Shown here: positions 47,349 to 56,524 of the stretch, piece after piece
Layout: each line of letters begins with the position of its first letter
How positions within the stretch are numbered: position 1 is the first letter of the stretch
From: Dehalococcoidia bacterium
GTDB taxonomy: Bacteria > Chloroflexota > Dehalococcoidia > Bin125
Length of the DNA: 64,000 bases
Direction of reading: 5' to 3'
NCBI GenBank assembly: GCA_963663235.2
Contig: CAXXNO010000005.1
Location: forward strand, 113,605-177,604
Notes under the pieces: model-generated
The model's input: the letters and a program-made list of their open reading frames with translations, nothing else
The model's database searches: none
Told to the model about the DNA's origin: nothing
Program-made: the position numbers and the translations under genes

Positions 47349-49163
47349 ATGGCCCCGAGCGATGCGAGCGCCGCGAAACCCACGATGGATCCGGTCCAAC
47401 TGCTGGTGATGGCGAACCGCATCGACGGCATCGTCCGCGAGATGACCAACACGCTCGTGCGCACCGCCCAATCCGCCACCCTCGCCGCCCGCGATCTCTC
47501 CTGCTCCCTCTCCACCGCCACGCATGAGCTCTTCGCCGCGCCGGAAGGGTGCCCCGTCCACGTCTACGGTTCCGGCCTCCTCTGCGAGGCCATGGCCGCA
47601 ATCCACCCCGACTTTCAGGAGGGCGACGCCTTCCTCCACAACGACCCCTACCTCGGCAACACGCACGCCGCCGACCACTCCGTCCTCGTCCCGGTCTTTT
47701 ACGAGGGCCGGCACATCTTCACCACCTGCGTCAAAGCGCACCAAGCGGACATCGGCGACGCCCTCCCCACCACCTACATGCCCAAGGCGGTGGACGTGTA
47801 CGCCGAGGGGGCCCTCATCTTTCCCTGCGTCCGCATCCAGAAGCAGTACGAGGACGTGGGAGACATCATCCGCATGTGTGAGAAGCGCATCCGGGTCCCC
47901 GAAATCTGGTACGGCGACTACGTGGCCATGATCGCCGCCGCCCGCGTCGGCGAACAGCGCATCCAGGAGTTCTGCCGCAAGTTCGGCCTGGAGACGGTGC
48001 AAGCCTTCGTCCGCGAGTGGCTGGACTATTCGGAGCGCCTCGCCGACGCCGCCATCCGACGCCTCCCCGCCGGCCGCCTCCACGCCCAGTCGACTTTCGA
48101 CCCGTTTCCCTTCCTCCCCGAGGGCCTCGAACTCCAGGCCACCATCGACGTCGACGCGGCCGCCGGCCACGTCACCGTGGATCTGCGTGACAACCCTGAC
48201 TGCACCCCCACCGGCCTCAACCTCAGCCGAGCCACCGCCACGAACGGCGGCGTCTCGGGCATCCTCATGGTCCTCAACTCCATGCCCGGCGTGCCCACGC
48301 AGGTCCCCAACAACGCCGGGACCTTCCGCCGAATCCGCGTCCTGCTCCGCGAGAACTGCGTCGTCGGCATCCCGATCCATCCGACCTCCTGCTCCATGGC
48401 CACCACCGGCATCGCCTGTCACCTGGAGAGCATGATCGAATCCGCCTTCGGGCGTGCGGCGGACGGTATCGGCCTGGCGGAGCCCGCTCGCGGACAGGGA
48501 CCGTATATGGCGGTGGTGTCCGGCTTCGACCGGAACCGCAACCGGCCCTACACGCTGTCGCTCTTCAGCGGCAGCGCCGGTGGCCCCGGTGGTCCCGAGT
48601 TCGACGGCTGGCTGACGTTCCTGATGGCCGGCTCGGCCGGCGTGTTATACATCGACGCGTCCGAGCTGCTGGAGCAGAAATATCCCTTCGTCGTCTTCGA
48701 GATGCGGGTACGGCCCGACTCCGAAGGCGCCGGCCGCCGGCGCGGCGCGCCCGGGTGCATCACTGTGTTCGGCCCCCTGACGGACCCGCAGCAGGTCTAC
48801 TACTCGATGGATGGCATGATCAACGTCCCGCAGGGCGTGCAGGGAGGCGGCCCGGCCCGGGGCCCGGCGGCGCAGCTCATCGACCGCCGGGGCGCGACCC
48901 ACGATCTGCCGGAGGTCGTCGGTGAACAAACGCTGCAAGCGGGAGAGCGCATCGTCTCGCTCTCGTCGGGCGGGGGCGGCTACGGCGACCCCTTCACACG
49001 CGACGCCCACGCCGTCCTGCGCGACGTGGTGGAGGCCTATCTTTCTGTTGAGCGCGCCCGCGCCGAGTACGGGGTGGTCATCACCGGAGACTCCCATCGC
49101 GTCGAGACCCTCGCGATCGATGCCGAAGCCACGGCAGCCCGCCGAACGCATCGCTCTCATTGA
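47349..49163 (+). CDS. Hydantoinase B / oxoprolinase family protein
   Basis: NDPYLGNTHAAD, AHQADIG, DSEGAGRRRG, SSGGGGYGDP. Confidence 0.92.
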   Translation: MAPSDASAAKPTMDPVQLLVMANRIDGIVREMTNTLVRTAQSATLAARDLSCSLSTATHELFAAPEGCPVHVYGSGLLCEAMAAIHPDFQEGDAFLHNDPYLGNTHAADHSVLVPVFYEGRHIFTTCVKAHQADIGDALPTTYMPKAVDVYAEGALIFPCVRIQKQYEDVGDIIRMCEKRIRVPEIWYGDYVAMIAAARVGEQRIQEFCRKFGLETVQAFVREWLDYSERLADAAIRRLPAGRLHAQSTFDPFPFLPEGLELQATIDVDAAAGHVTVDLRDNPDCTPTGLNLSRATATNGGVSGILMVLNSMPGVPTQVPNNAGTFRRIRVLLRENCVVGIPIHPTSCSMATTGIACHLESMIESAFGRAADGIGLAEPARGQGPYMAVVSGFDRNRNRPYTLSLFSGSAGGPGGPEFDGWLTFLMAGSAGVLYIDASELLEQKYPFVVFEMRVRPDSEGAGRRRGAPGCITVFGPLTDPQQVYYSMDGMINVPQGVQGGGPARGPAAQLIDRRGATHDLPEVVGEQTLQAGERIVSLSSGGGGYGDPFTRDAHAVLRDVVEAYLSVERARAEYGVVITGDSHRVETLAIDAEATAARRTHRSH

Positions 49164-49282
49164 CCACGCACTTGCCGAGCGGCGGCGGACAATCGTGGCG
49201 CATCAACGATAGTCGCGAATAAGCAGGCGGCACTGCCCCCGCGGCGCGTGCTAGCATCAGCGCGTTCTCGGAGGGGTTTTCC

Positions 49283-49537
49283 ATGATTCGTGCCATTCTT
49301 GCGCTAATACTTGGGATAATTGGCTGGCTCATCATGCGTGAGTTGTGGGAGGGGCGCCGGGCCGCCGATGCTACAAAGGCGGCCGTCAAGCTCGCCAAGC
49401 TCACGGCGAAGGTCTATCGCACGAAAGACGCTGACCTCTGCGCGGACCTCAACACGGAGATCGACACGTTCAACGCGGATTTCGTTCCCGATCCCATCGA
49501 GGATCCGATTCCGCATGTCGATTGCGATAACCTCTAG
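49283..49537 (+). CDS. Small membrane-anchored hypothetical protein (84 aa)
   Basis: TAGCAT -10, GGAGG RBS, N-terminal TM helix, two Cys. Confidence 0.7.
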   Translation: MIRAILALILGIIGWLIMRELWEGRRAADATKAAVKLAKLTAKVYRTKDADLCADLNTEIDTFNADFVPDPIEDPIPHVDCDNL

Positions 49538-49562
49538 TAACCGCCTGTTGAGGCTTAGGGAT

Positions 49563-49600
49563 TGATCCGTTCGCCCGGCAGCGCCGGGAAGGGCCTCCCG
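49563..49600 (+). repeat. 38-bp direct repeat, right copy
   Basis: Matches 44565-44602. Confidence 0.9.
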
Positions 49601-49818
49601 GCCACGCGAGCATGGCCGGCGGCTCCGTCGCCACCTCGGCCCACTGTCTCGCCACTGCCGTCGTCTCGCCGACGCCCTGTCGGCGTCTAGATACGTCGTG
49701 TGCCGGATCACCGGCCGTGACGACGCTGCCCTCATCGACCCGGCTCCCCCCGCCCAGTATCCTCTCCGCGGGCGCCGCCACTCCCCGCCGGCAGAAACGG
49801 ACACAGCCCTCCCCTCAC

Positions 49819-51012
49819 ATGAAGATCGCCATCGTTACGCCGTATGACCTCGCCGTCCCCGGCGGCGTCAACACACAGGCCCTCTTGCTCACGCGCTGGT
49901 TCCGGCGGGCCGGAAACGAGGTCGAGATCTTCGGGCCTGCGTCCGCGGCGAATGGCGCCGTACCCGCCGAGGCCACCGTGATTGGCGGGGCCTGGCCCTT
50001 CCCCTTCGGGAATACGGAAACCCGAATCTCGATTGACCCGACCACGGGCGGACGCGTCCACGCCCTGTTGCGCGAGACGGACTTCGATGTCGTCCACCTG
50101 CATGAGCCGCTGACGCCGTTGCTCACGTACCAGTTCTTGCGTTTCTCGCGGGTGCTCAACGTGGGGACCTTTCACGGCGCAATCCGCTTGGGACGAAGGC
50201 TCTACCCGCTGCTCCGTCCGCTGTGGCGCCCGTTCGCCCGACACCTGGATCTCTGCATCGCCCCGTCGCCGTCGGCCCTGGCGCAGGTCCATGACTTCCT
50301 GCCGGGACCTTGGGAGATGCTCCCCAACTGCGTGGACGTCGACCGCTTTGCGCGCCCCGCGCCGCCCTTGGTCGACCTCCTCGATGGCCGCCGGAACATC
50401 CTCTTCGTCGGGCGCCAGGAGACTCGCAAGGGCTTGGACGTATTGCTCCGCGCCTATGCCCGCGTGCGCGCCCAGCGGGACGACACGCGCCTCGTCATCG
50501 TCGGACCGCCCGGGCGCCTGGGCGCGCGCTATCGTCGATGGGTCCGCGAGCAGGCCTGGGACGATGTGCTGTTCACAGGCATCGTGCCCGAATCGGATCT
50601 ACCGCGTTATTACCAGGCGGCGACGGCGCTCGCTGCCCCAGCCGTCGGCGAGGAGTCGTTCGGGATCGTGCTGGTGGAAGCGATGGCTGCCGGCGTCCCC
50701 ATCGTCGCGAGCGATATCCCGGGCTTTCGGCCGGTGCTTGCGGGCGGCCTGCACGGGATCATGGTGCCCCCAAGCGACTCGCGGCGTCTGGCCGATGCGC
50801 TGCTGGCGCTTCTCGATTCCGAAGAACGGCGGGCAGCGCTGATTGAGAGCGGGCGAGAGCGTGCTGAGGCCTTCCACGTGGACCGCATCGCTCCCCAGCT
50901 CCTTGCGATCTACGAACGATACCTGGACAAGCGAAATCAGCGCCTCGCCCGCATCCCGCGGAACGCTCCGGCGATTCCCCTTGCGGCTGATCCGGCCGAT
51001 CACCGCGACTAG
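49819..51012 (+). CDS. Glycosyltransferase family 4 (PimA-like)
   Basis: MKIAIVTPYD..PGGV, HLHEP, FVGR...RKG, ESFGIVLVEAMAAG. Confidence 0.92.
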   Translation: MKIAIVTPYDLAVPGGVNTQALLLTRWFRRAGNEVEIFGPASAANGAVPAEATVIGGAWPFPFGNTETRISIDPTTGGRVHALLRETDFDVVHLHEPLTPLLTYQFLRFSRVLNVGTFHGAIRLGRRLYPLLRPLWRPFARHLDLCIAPSPSALAQVHDFLPGPWEMLPNCVDVDRFARPAPPLVDLLDGRRNILFVGRQETRKGLDVLLRAYARVRAQRDDTRLVIVGPPGRLGARYRRWVREQAWDDVLFTGIVPESDLPRYYQAATALAAPAVGEESFGIVLVEAMAAGVPIVASDIPGFRPVLAGGLHGIMVPPSDSRRLADALLALLDSEERRAALIESGRERAEAFHVDRIAPQLLAIYERYLDKRNQRLARIPRNAPAIPLAADPADHRD

Positions 51013-51073
51013 CCGCGCCGGGATCGATGGACGCTTCGGGCCGCCTTCGCTTCCCTCCGGACCCCTCGACCGG

Positions 51074-52162
51074 CTACAGATCCCGCCGCCACTCGCCGGC
51101 CGGCTCAATGGCCGCCGCGGCCGGGACCACCTCCGCCCCCAGCCGCTCTACCTGCTCGCGGTATTCCTGGAATGTCCGCGTCGGACAGTCCGGCGCCAGC
51201 GCGATCAACGAGTAGCCCGCCCCGGCGAACCGCTCCAGGTCCGATAGGATCTGCTCGGCCGTGCCGCCGCAATTGCGACGCGGCGCGCGCGTCGCCTCGG
51301 CGGCGTCGGCCTCCGTGATCCGCGCGGACACAATCCCCACCATCCCGATCTCGGACGGGTCCCGGCCGATCTTCTCGCACTCGCGGCGGATCTCGTCTTG
51401 CAACCCGTCGAACATGTGCGGGTCGTCGCCCGGCCGCAGGAGGATCGGGATCAGTCCGTCGCCGTAGCGCGCGGTCAGGCGCGCGCCGGCCTTGGTCACG
51501 GCGCCGATGATGATCGGCGGCCGCGGTGTGCGCGCCGGCTTGGGATCCAGCGTCACGTTGTCGAAGTTGTAGAACTCCCCGTGGAAGCTCGCCAGAGGCT
51601 CGGTCCAGCAGCGGTGGTAGATCTGCACGCACTCGGCCAGCATCGGCAGCCGCTTGCTGTGGTCCAGCCCCAGCGTGTCGAACTCCTCCTTCATCCAGCC
51701 GGCGCCCACCCCCATGATCAACCGTCCGTTCGACAGGTAGTCGATGGTGGCGAACTGGCGCGCGTCGCTGAGCGGGTGGCGGTACGGCGCAATCAGCACG
51801 CTGGGCCCCAGCTTGATCCGGCTGGTATTCGTCGCGATGGCCCCCATCACCACGGCCCCGTCCAGGATCGTGGGCCGCGGCGGGTAGTGCCGCTTGCTGC
51901 CGCCCACGTCGTCCTCCGCCGTCCCCCGCTGCCGCACCTCCGGGTTCGATTGCCCCTCGACGTGCACGGGTGACGTGGACTCCGGCGACGCCTCCGGAAA
52001 CGCCACGTGGTCCCCCATGAAGACGCTGTAGAACCCCAGCCGCTCCGCCATCTGCGCGGACTCCACCGGCCGCATCTCCTCCGGCGGCATCGGCTGGTGC
52101 CACCAGTCGTTGTCGTCGCGCGTGCCGACGCCGTGCGTGTTTAGCACTAAACCGATATCCAT
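51074..52162 (-). CDS. LLM-class probable F420-dependent oxidoreductase
   Basis: MDIGLVLNTHG, GDHV, ATIDYLSNGRLIMGVGAGW; GGAGAGG RBS. Confidence 0.92.
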   Translation of the reverse strand: MDIGLVLNTHGVGTRDDNDWWHQPMPPEEMRPVESAQMAERLGFYSVFMGDHVAFPEASPESTSPVHVEGQSNPEVRQRGTAEDDVGGSKRHYPPRPTILDGAVVMGAIATNTSRIKLGPSVLIAPYRHPLSDARQFATIDYLSNGRLIMGVGAGWMKEEFDTLGLDHSKRLPMLAECVQIYHRCWTEPLASFHGEFYNFDNVTLDPKPARTPRPPIIIGAVTKAGARLTARYGDGLIPILLRPGDDPHMFDGLQDEIRRECEKIGRDPSEIGMVGIVSARITEADAAEATRAPRRNCGGTAEQILSDLERFAGAGYSLIALAPDCPTRTFQEYREQVERLGAEVVPAAAAIEPAGEWRRDL

Positions 52163-52408
52163 CGGCTGCCGCCCCTCTCCGCTCGTTGCTGATCCCGGAT
52201 AAGACACCGGCTGCGCGCGAGAGACTAGCAGCGGCCCGTCGCGCTCACAAGCGCAGACGTCCGCTCCGCCTCCGCTCCCTGTCCGCGCGCCGTTTGCCGA
52301 TCGCTCCGGCTGGCTGTGGTCGCTGCAACGGCTTCCGGCCTGCCCCGGGCGCTGGCCGCCTGCTACGCTCCCCCTCGATATCCACGACTTCGCGGCGGAG
52401 GATGCGCC

Positions 52409-53374
52409 ATGGAAAAGCCCGGATTCCTCTTCTTTGCGCTGCCCGGCCAGGGCAAGGCCATGATCGAAGCGGCGCGAGCGCTGGACGAGCGTGGCTTTCC
52501 CCACATCTACTGCCCGCAGGGCTCCGCTGCCGCGATCACTTCCTCGGATGCGGAGGAGCGCGTCGTTCGACCTTACCTCGGCGGCTCCTGGACCGATGGC
52601 CTCACGCACGCGCTCGCCCTCGGCATGGCGACCAAGCGCATGACGATCGGTTCCGGCATCGAGGTCACTTACACTCGGCACCCGCATGAGATGTTGGGGA
52701 TCGCCAACTACATCAACGAGGTCTGTGACGGCCGCTTTGTCCTCGGGCTGGGCACCGGACACAGCGAGATTCTCCAACGCTTCAACTACCCGCTGGAGAA
52801 GCCGCTCGGACACATGCGCCGCTACATGGAGGATCTGCGCGCCGCCGCTGTCGGCCAACCCGTGCCGCGCATCATCTTCTCTGCTCTGCGCAAGAAGATG
52901 GTGCGCTTGGCCGGCGAGCTCGTCGACGGCGCCATCTGGGCCAACTGCGTGCGCTCTCATCTGCCGGTGTCGCTCAAGGAAATCCCCGCGGACAAGCGCG
53001 ACACCTTCATCGTCGCCAACCTCACGCCCGCGTACGTCTCCGACGACCGCAACGAGGCGCTGGCCGCCGTGCGCCTGACGCTGACCAACTACATGACGCT
53101 CACCAACTATCAGAATTACTTCATCGAGGCCGGGTATGAGGAAGAGGTGCAGCGCGCGCGCGCCGCCATCGACGCCGACGACCACGCCGGGGTCGCCGCC
53201 GCCGTCTCGGAGAAAATGGCCGACGATATCGCGGTCTTCGGCACGCCGGCGCAGGTTCGCGAGAAGGTGGAGGCCTTCCAGGCTGCTGGCGTCAACCAGA
53301 TCTGCCTCTCCACCCTCTTCCACTCCCAGAACCAGGCGGAGGCGGTGATGAAGATCGCCGCCGTCTTCGACTAG
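52409..53374 (+). CDS. LLM-class oxidoreductase (Mer-like)
   Basis: GRFVLGLGTGH, MVRLAGELVDG, FGTPAQVREK; GGAGG RBS. Confidence 0.9.
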   Translation: MEKPGFLFFALPGQGKAMIEAARALDERGFPHIYCPQGSAAAITSSDAEERVVRPYLGGSWTDGLTHALALGMATKRMTIGSGIEVTYTRHPHEMLGIANYINEVCDGRFVLGLGTGHSEILQRFNYPLEKPLGHMRRYMEDLRAAAVGQPVPRIIFSALRKKMVRLAGELVDGAIWANCVRSHLPVSLKEIPADKRDTFIVANLTPAYVSDDRNEALAAVRLTLTNYMTLTNYQNYFIEAGYEEEVQRARAAIDADDHAGVAAAVSEKMADDIAVFGTPAQVREKVEAFQAAGVNQICLSTLFHSQNQAEAVMKIAAVFD

Positions 53375-53377
53375 CCT

Positions 53378-53918
53378 CCTGCGCGCCGCTCTCCGCCTTG
53401 CGCCGCGTGAGCGCGACCTCCCCCTCGCTCTCGTGGCCCAGGTCGATCGTCGCGCCGATGCACAGGCCGGTGGGCGATGGTAGCTTCCCGCCCTTGTAGT
53501 CCACGCCGCTGTTCATCCCCCTCACCGATGCAATTAACTCGCTCGGCCGGAAGTCGTCGACCGCTTTGACGGCCGCGAGCTCGCGCTCGTTGAACCCGTC
53601 ACCCTTCACGATTACGACGTTCTCCAGTCCCCACAGCGCCGCCCCCAGAAGGAGGCTCTGAACGGCCACTTTGTTCATGTCGCGCGTGGCAAGCGTGAAC
53701 ACTACGTCTTTGCCGGTGTGCTCTTTGATCCAGCTCGCTGCGAACGCCGAGTTCGCCCGCACCGTCTTTCCCGGGTTGTACGCGACCGAGATGAAGTCGG
53801 CCTCCAGCCCCCGCACGGGCTCCAGCAGCGCGGGATCGGCGGCTCGGGGCGGGGTGAAGTCGCAGATGAAGAGGACGGCTTCCCCGCTCCTGGCCCACCT
53901 CTCTACGACCGTCGTCAT
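53378..53918 (-). pseudogene. metF: C-terminally truncated methylenetetrahydrofolate reductase
   Basis: DFTPP, DFISVAYNPG, TRDMN, KGD, RRKAESGAQ; then runs into the convergent LLM instead of the F.TQ strand. Confidence 0.7.
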
Positions 53919-53985
53919 GCGATCGTCCTCCTGGCGCCCGCCTCGGCCTTTCCGCGCGCCGGACGGCTGGGCAGTGCGCTGGCGT

Positions 53986-54282
53986 CTACTTCAGCTCGAT
54001 CAGGAAGACCTGGCCTTCGACCGTGCCGATGTTCTCCGTGCTGTGCGCGGACCCGTCCATATACATCGGCTGGTTCACCGGAACGTCCGACTCCATGCTC
54101 TGGCCGTCCGGCGTGGTGAACTTGTACTTCCCGGGCGTCACGGAGATGATCACCATGTCGGGGTGCGAGTGCATCTCCGACGTCGCCCCCGGTGTCATCC
54201 GCGACTCCAGCACCCGCACCCGATCGTTCTCCAACAACACCTTGTATACATGCGGCGCAACCGATACAGCGTCTGCAACCAT
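53986..54282 (-). CDS. Cupin-domain protein
   Basis: YKVLLENDRVRVLE, MHSHP, HSTENIG. Confidence 0.85.
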   Translation of the reverse strand: MVADAVSVAPHVYKVLLENDRVRVLESRMTPGATSEMHSHPDMVIISVTPGKYKFTTPDGQSMESDVPVNQPMYMDGSAHSTENIGTVEGQVFLIELK

Positions 54283-54383
54283 CCGGCTGCTCCCTTTTCT
54301 CGTTCCGTCTCAACTCAGCGCTCTCGGCGATTGGGTAGCGCGACCGCCGCAAGAGAACCGCGGCGCTGGCCGCCCAAGCGCGA

Positions 54384-55250
54384 CTACCCCAGCACCGCCT
54401 CCGCCGACATCGCCACCTCGCCGTCGCACCGCTCGGCGGTCAACTCCACCGTCTCGCCCTTTGGCACGCCCAGCACGCGGAACGGCGCGGTATCGAAGAT
54501 CGGGGCCCGCGCCCGGAACTCGAACCGTCGCACCGGCCGCTCCGCATTCCGCCGCACCAAGTCCATCAGCAACGTCGCCAGCAGCGGCCCCTGCACGATC
54601 AGCCCCGGGTAGCCTTCTTCCTCCGTGACATACGGCCGGTCGTAGTGGATGCGATGGCCGTTGAAGGTGAGGGCGCAGTAGCGGAACAGCAGCACGGGGT
54701 CCGGCGCGATCTCCCGCACCCAGGCCCCGGTCGGCGGCGCCGGCAACGACCTCAGCGCCTTCGGCGCCTCCACCGGCCCCCCGGCGTCTCGGTAGACGAT
54801 GCTCTGCCGCTCCTCCACACACAACCGCTCGCCGGCGAAGATCTCGTACTCCACGGTCACGAAGACCAGCGCGCCGCTGCGCCCGCTCTTCTCCGCCACG
54901 TCCACCACCCGCCCCACGCGACGGATCGCCGCCCCGATCGGCAACGGCTCGTGAAACGTCATCATCGTCCCCGCGAACATCCGGCGCGGCAGCGCGACCG
55001 GTGGCAGGAAGCCCCCGCGTTCCTCGTGGCCGTCGTGTCCCAGTTGCGACTGCGGGGCTTCCGGCAGGAAATAGAGCCAGTGCCACAGCGGCGGCAGTGC
55101 GTCGCCGGGCTGCAGGAGCGTCTCGCTGTCGTCCAGCATCGCCAGCAGCCGGCGGACGGGGCCGATCGTGGCCGCGTCCGCGACGATCTCCTCCCGCCCG
55201 ATCCACTCCCGATAGTCGACAGTCGCCGCTTCGCTCTTCATCGCCGTCAC
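54384..55250 (-). CDS. meh: Double-hot-dog hydratase, mesaconyl-C4-CoA hydratase / HTD2 family
   Basis: LPPLWHWLYF, DGH, RRMFAG, TFNGHRIHYD, GPL.ATLL; coupled to mct. Confidence 0.8.
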   Translation of the reverse strand: MTAMKSEAATVDYREWIGREEIVADAATIGPVRRLLAMLDDSETLLQPGDALPPLWHWLYFLPEAPQSQLGHDGHEERGGFLPPVALPRRMFAGTMMTFHEPLPIGAAIRRVGRVVDVAEKSGRSGALVFVTVEYEIFAGERLCVEERQSIVYRDAGGPVEAPKALRSLPAPPTGAWVREIAPDPVLLFRYCALTFNGHRIHYDRPYVTEEEGYPGLIVQGPLLATLLMDLVRRNAERPVRRFEFRARAPIFDTAPFRVLGVPKGETVELTAERCDGEVAMSAEAVLG

Positions 55251-56473
55251 GCCTCCCCGTCCGCGCCCGCCACCACCCCCGCCGCGTGCATTGCCGTGAT
55301 CTCGCTCTCGCTCAAGTCCAGCACTCCACGCAAGATCTCATCCGTATGCTCGCCCAGCCGCGGCGCTCGACGCACCGCCTCACGCGGCGACGCCCCGAAC
55401 TCGATCGGCGATCCCGGTGTGAGCGTCGCGCCGATCCCCGGTTGCTCCACCGGCTCGAACAGCGCACTCGCGGCGGAAGACCGCGGATCTTCGGCCAGCA
55501 TCTGCTCCACCGTCTGGTACGGCCCCCAGGCGACGCCCTGCGCGTTCAGCGTCTCCCGAATCTCCGCCAGCGTCCGCGCTGCGCACCACGGCGCTAGCGC
55601 CGCCGCGATGGCGTCCGTCGCCAGGAAGCGATCCCCCTCTCGCCGCAGGTCCAGGCTCCGCTCCCGCTCGATCTCGGAGACCGCCTCCGCCATCTCCGTC
55701 GCTTCCACCAGCGCCTTCCACTGCCGCGGCGTGATCGCCACGATCATCACCCGCCGACCGTCCTTCGTTTCGAAGTCGCGGCCGAAGGCCCCGTACAGGT
55801 CGTTCCCGCTCCCCTGACGTGCGTCTTGGTTAATCTCTTGCTCGGCGATGAAGCCGAGGTTCCCCATCGTCGCGAACGCGATGTCCGACAGCGCGATCCG
55901 CACGTACTGCCCTTCCCCCGTCATTCGCCGGTGCCGCTCCGCCGCCAGCACGCCGCTCACCGCCGTCAGTCCGGTCATCAGGTCCCAGGCCGGCAGCACG
56001 TGGTTGACGGGCCGGGGATCGTCCCTCGGCCCCGTGATCTGCGGGAGACCGGTCGCCGGGTTGACCGTATAGTCCACCTCCGATGACCCGTCTCGGTTTC
56101 CGGTGATGTTCACCATGATCAGATCGTCTCGGCGCTTCTTCAAGTCGGCGTACTCCAGCCAGCCGCTGGCCGGGAAGTTCGTGAGGAACACGCCCCCATT
56201 CTCCCCGGACGCCGTGATCAGCGCGATGGCGATTGCACGCCCCTCAGGATGCCGCAGGTCGATCGCGATCGATCGCTTCCCCTTGTTCAGCCCGGCCCAG
56301 TAGAGGCTGACGCCGCTCCGCGTGATCGGCCAGCGCCCGTAGTCCAGCCCGCCGCCGATGGGGTCGAAGCGAATCACGTCCGCCCCCATTTGCGCCAGCG
56401 CCATCCCCGCGCTCGGCGCTGCGACGAACGCCGATCCCTCAATGACCCGCAGCCCCGCCAGGATCGTGTTCAT
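55247..56473 (-). CDS. mct: Mesaconyl-CoA C1-C4 CoA transferase (2-methylfumaryl-CoA isomerase)
   Basis: EGSAFVAAP, ADVIRFDPIGGGLDY.RWP, WAGLNKGKRSI, EVDYTVN, NHVLPAWD. Confidence 0.85.
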   Translation of the reverse strand: MNTILAGLRVIEGSAFVAAPSAGMALAQMGADVIRFDPIGGGLDYGRWPITRSGVSLYWAGLNKGKRSIAIDLRHPEGRAIAIALITASGENGGVFLTNFPASGWLEYADLKKRRDDLIMVNITGNRDGSSEVDYTVNPATGLPQITGPRDDPRPVNHVLPAWDLMTGLTAVSGVLAAERHRRMTGEGQYVRIALSDIAFATMGNLGFIAEQEINQDARQGSGNDLYGAFGRDFETKDGRRVMIVAITPRQWKALVEATEMAEAVSEIERERSLDLRREGDRFLATDAIAAALAPWCAARTLAEIRETLNAQGVAWGPYQTVEQMLAEDPRSSAASALFEPVEQPGIGATLTPGSPIEFGASPREAVRRAPRLGEHTDEILRGVLDLSESEITAMHAAGVVAGADGEA

Positions 56474-56524
56474 CGCTGTCGCTGACTCTGGCCGCGGGAG
56501 GCCGGGCCGGCGGCGGCGGCCCGG

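Noticed and set aside
49530-49576. Integron attC site after the small ORF (TAAC...GTT)
   Set aside because: Too short, the ends are not complementary, no L boxes and no integrase
51074-53323. 749-aa ORF as a large fusion protein
   Set aside because: The N-terminal half is the antisense shadow of the LLM at 52409-53374; the real gene starts at 52162
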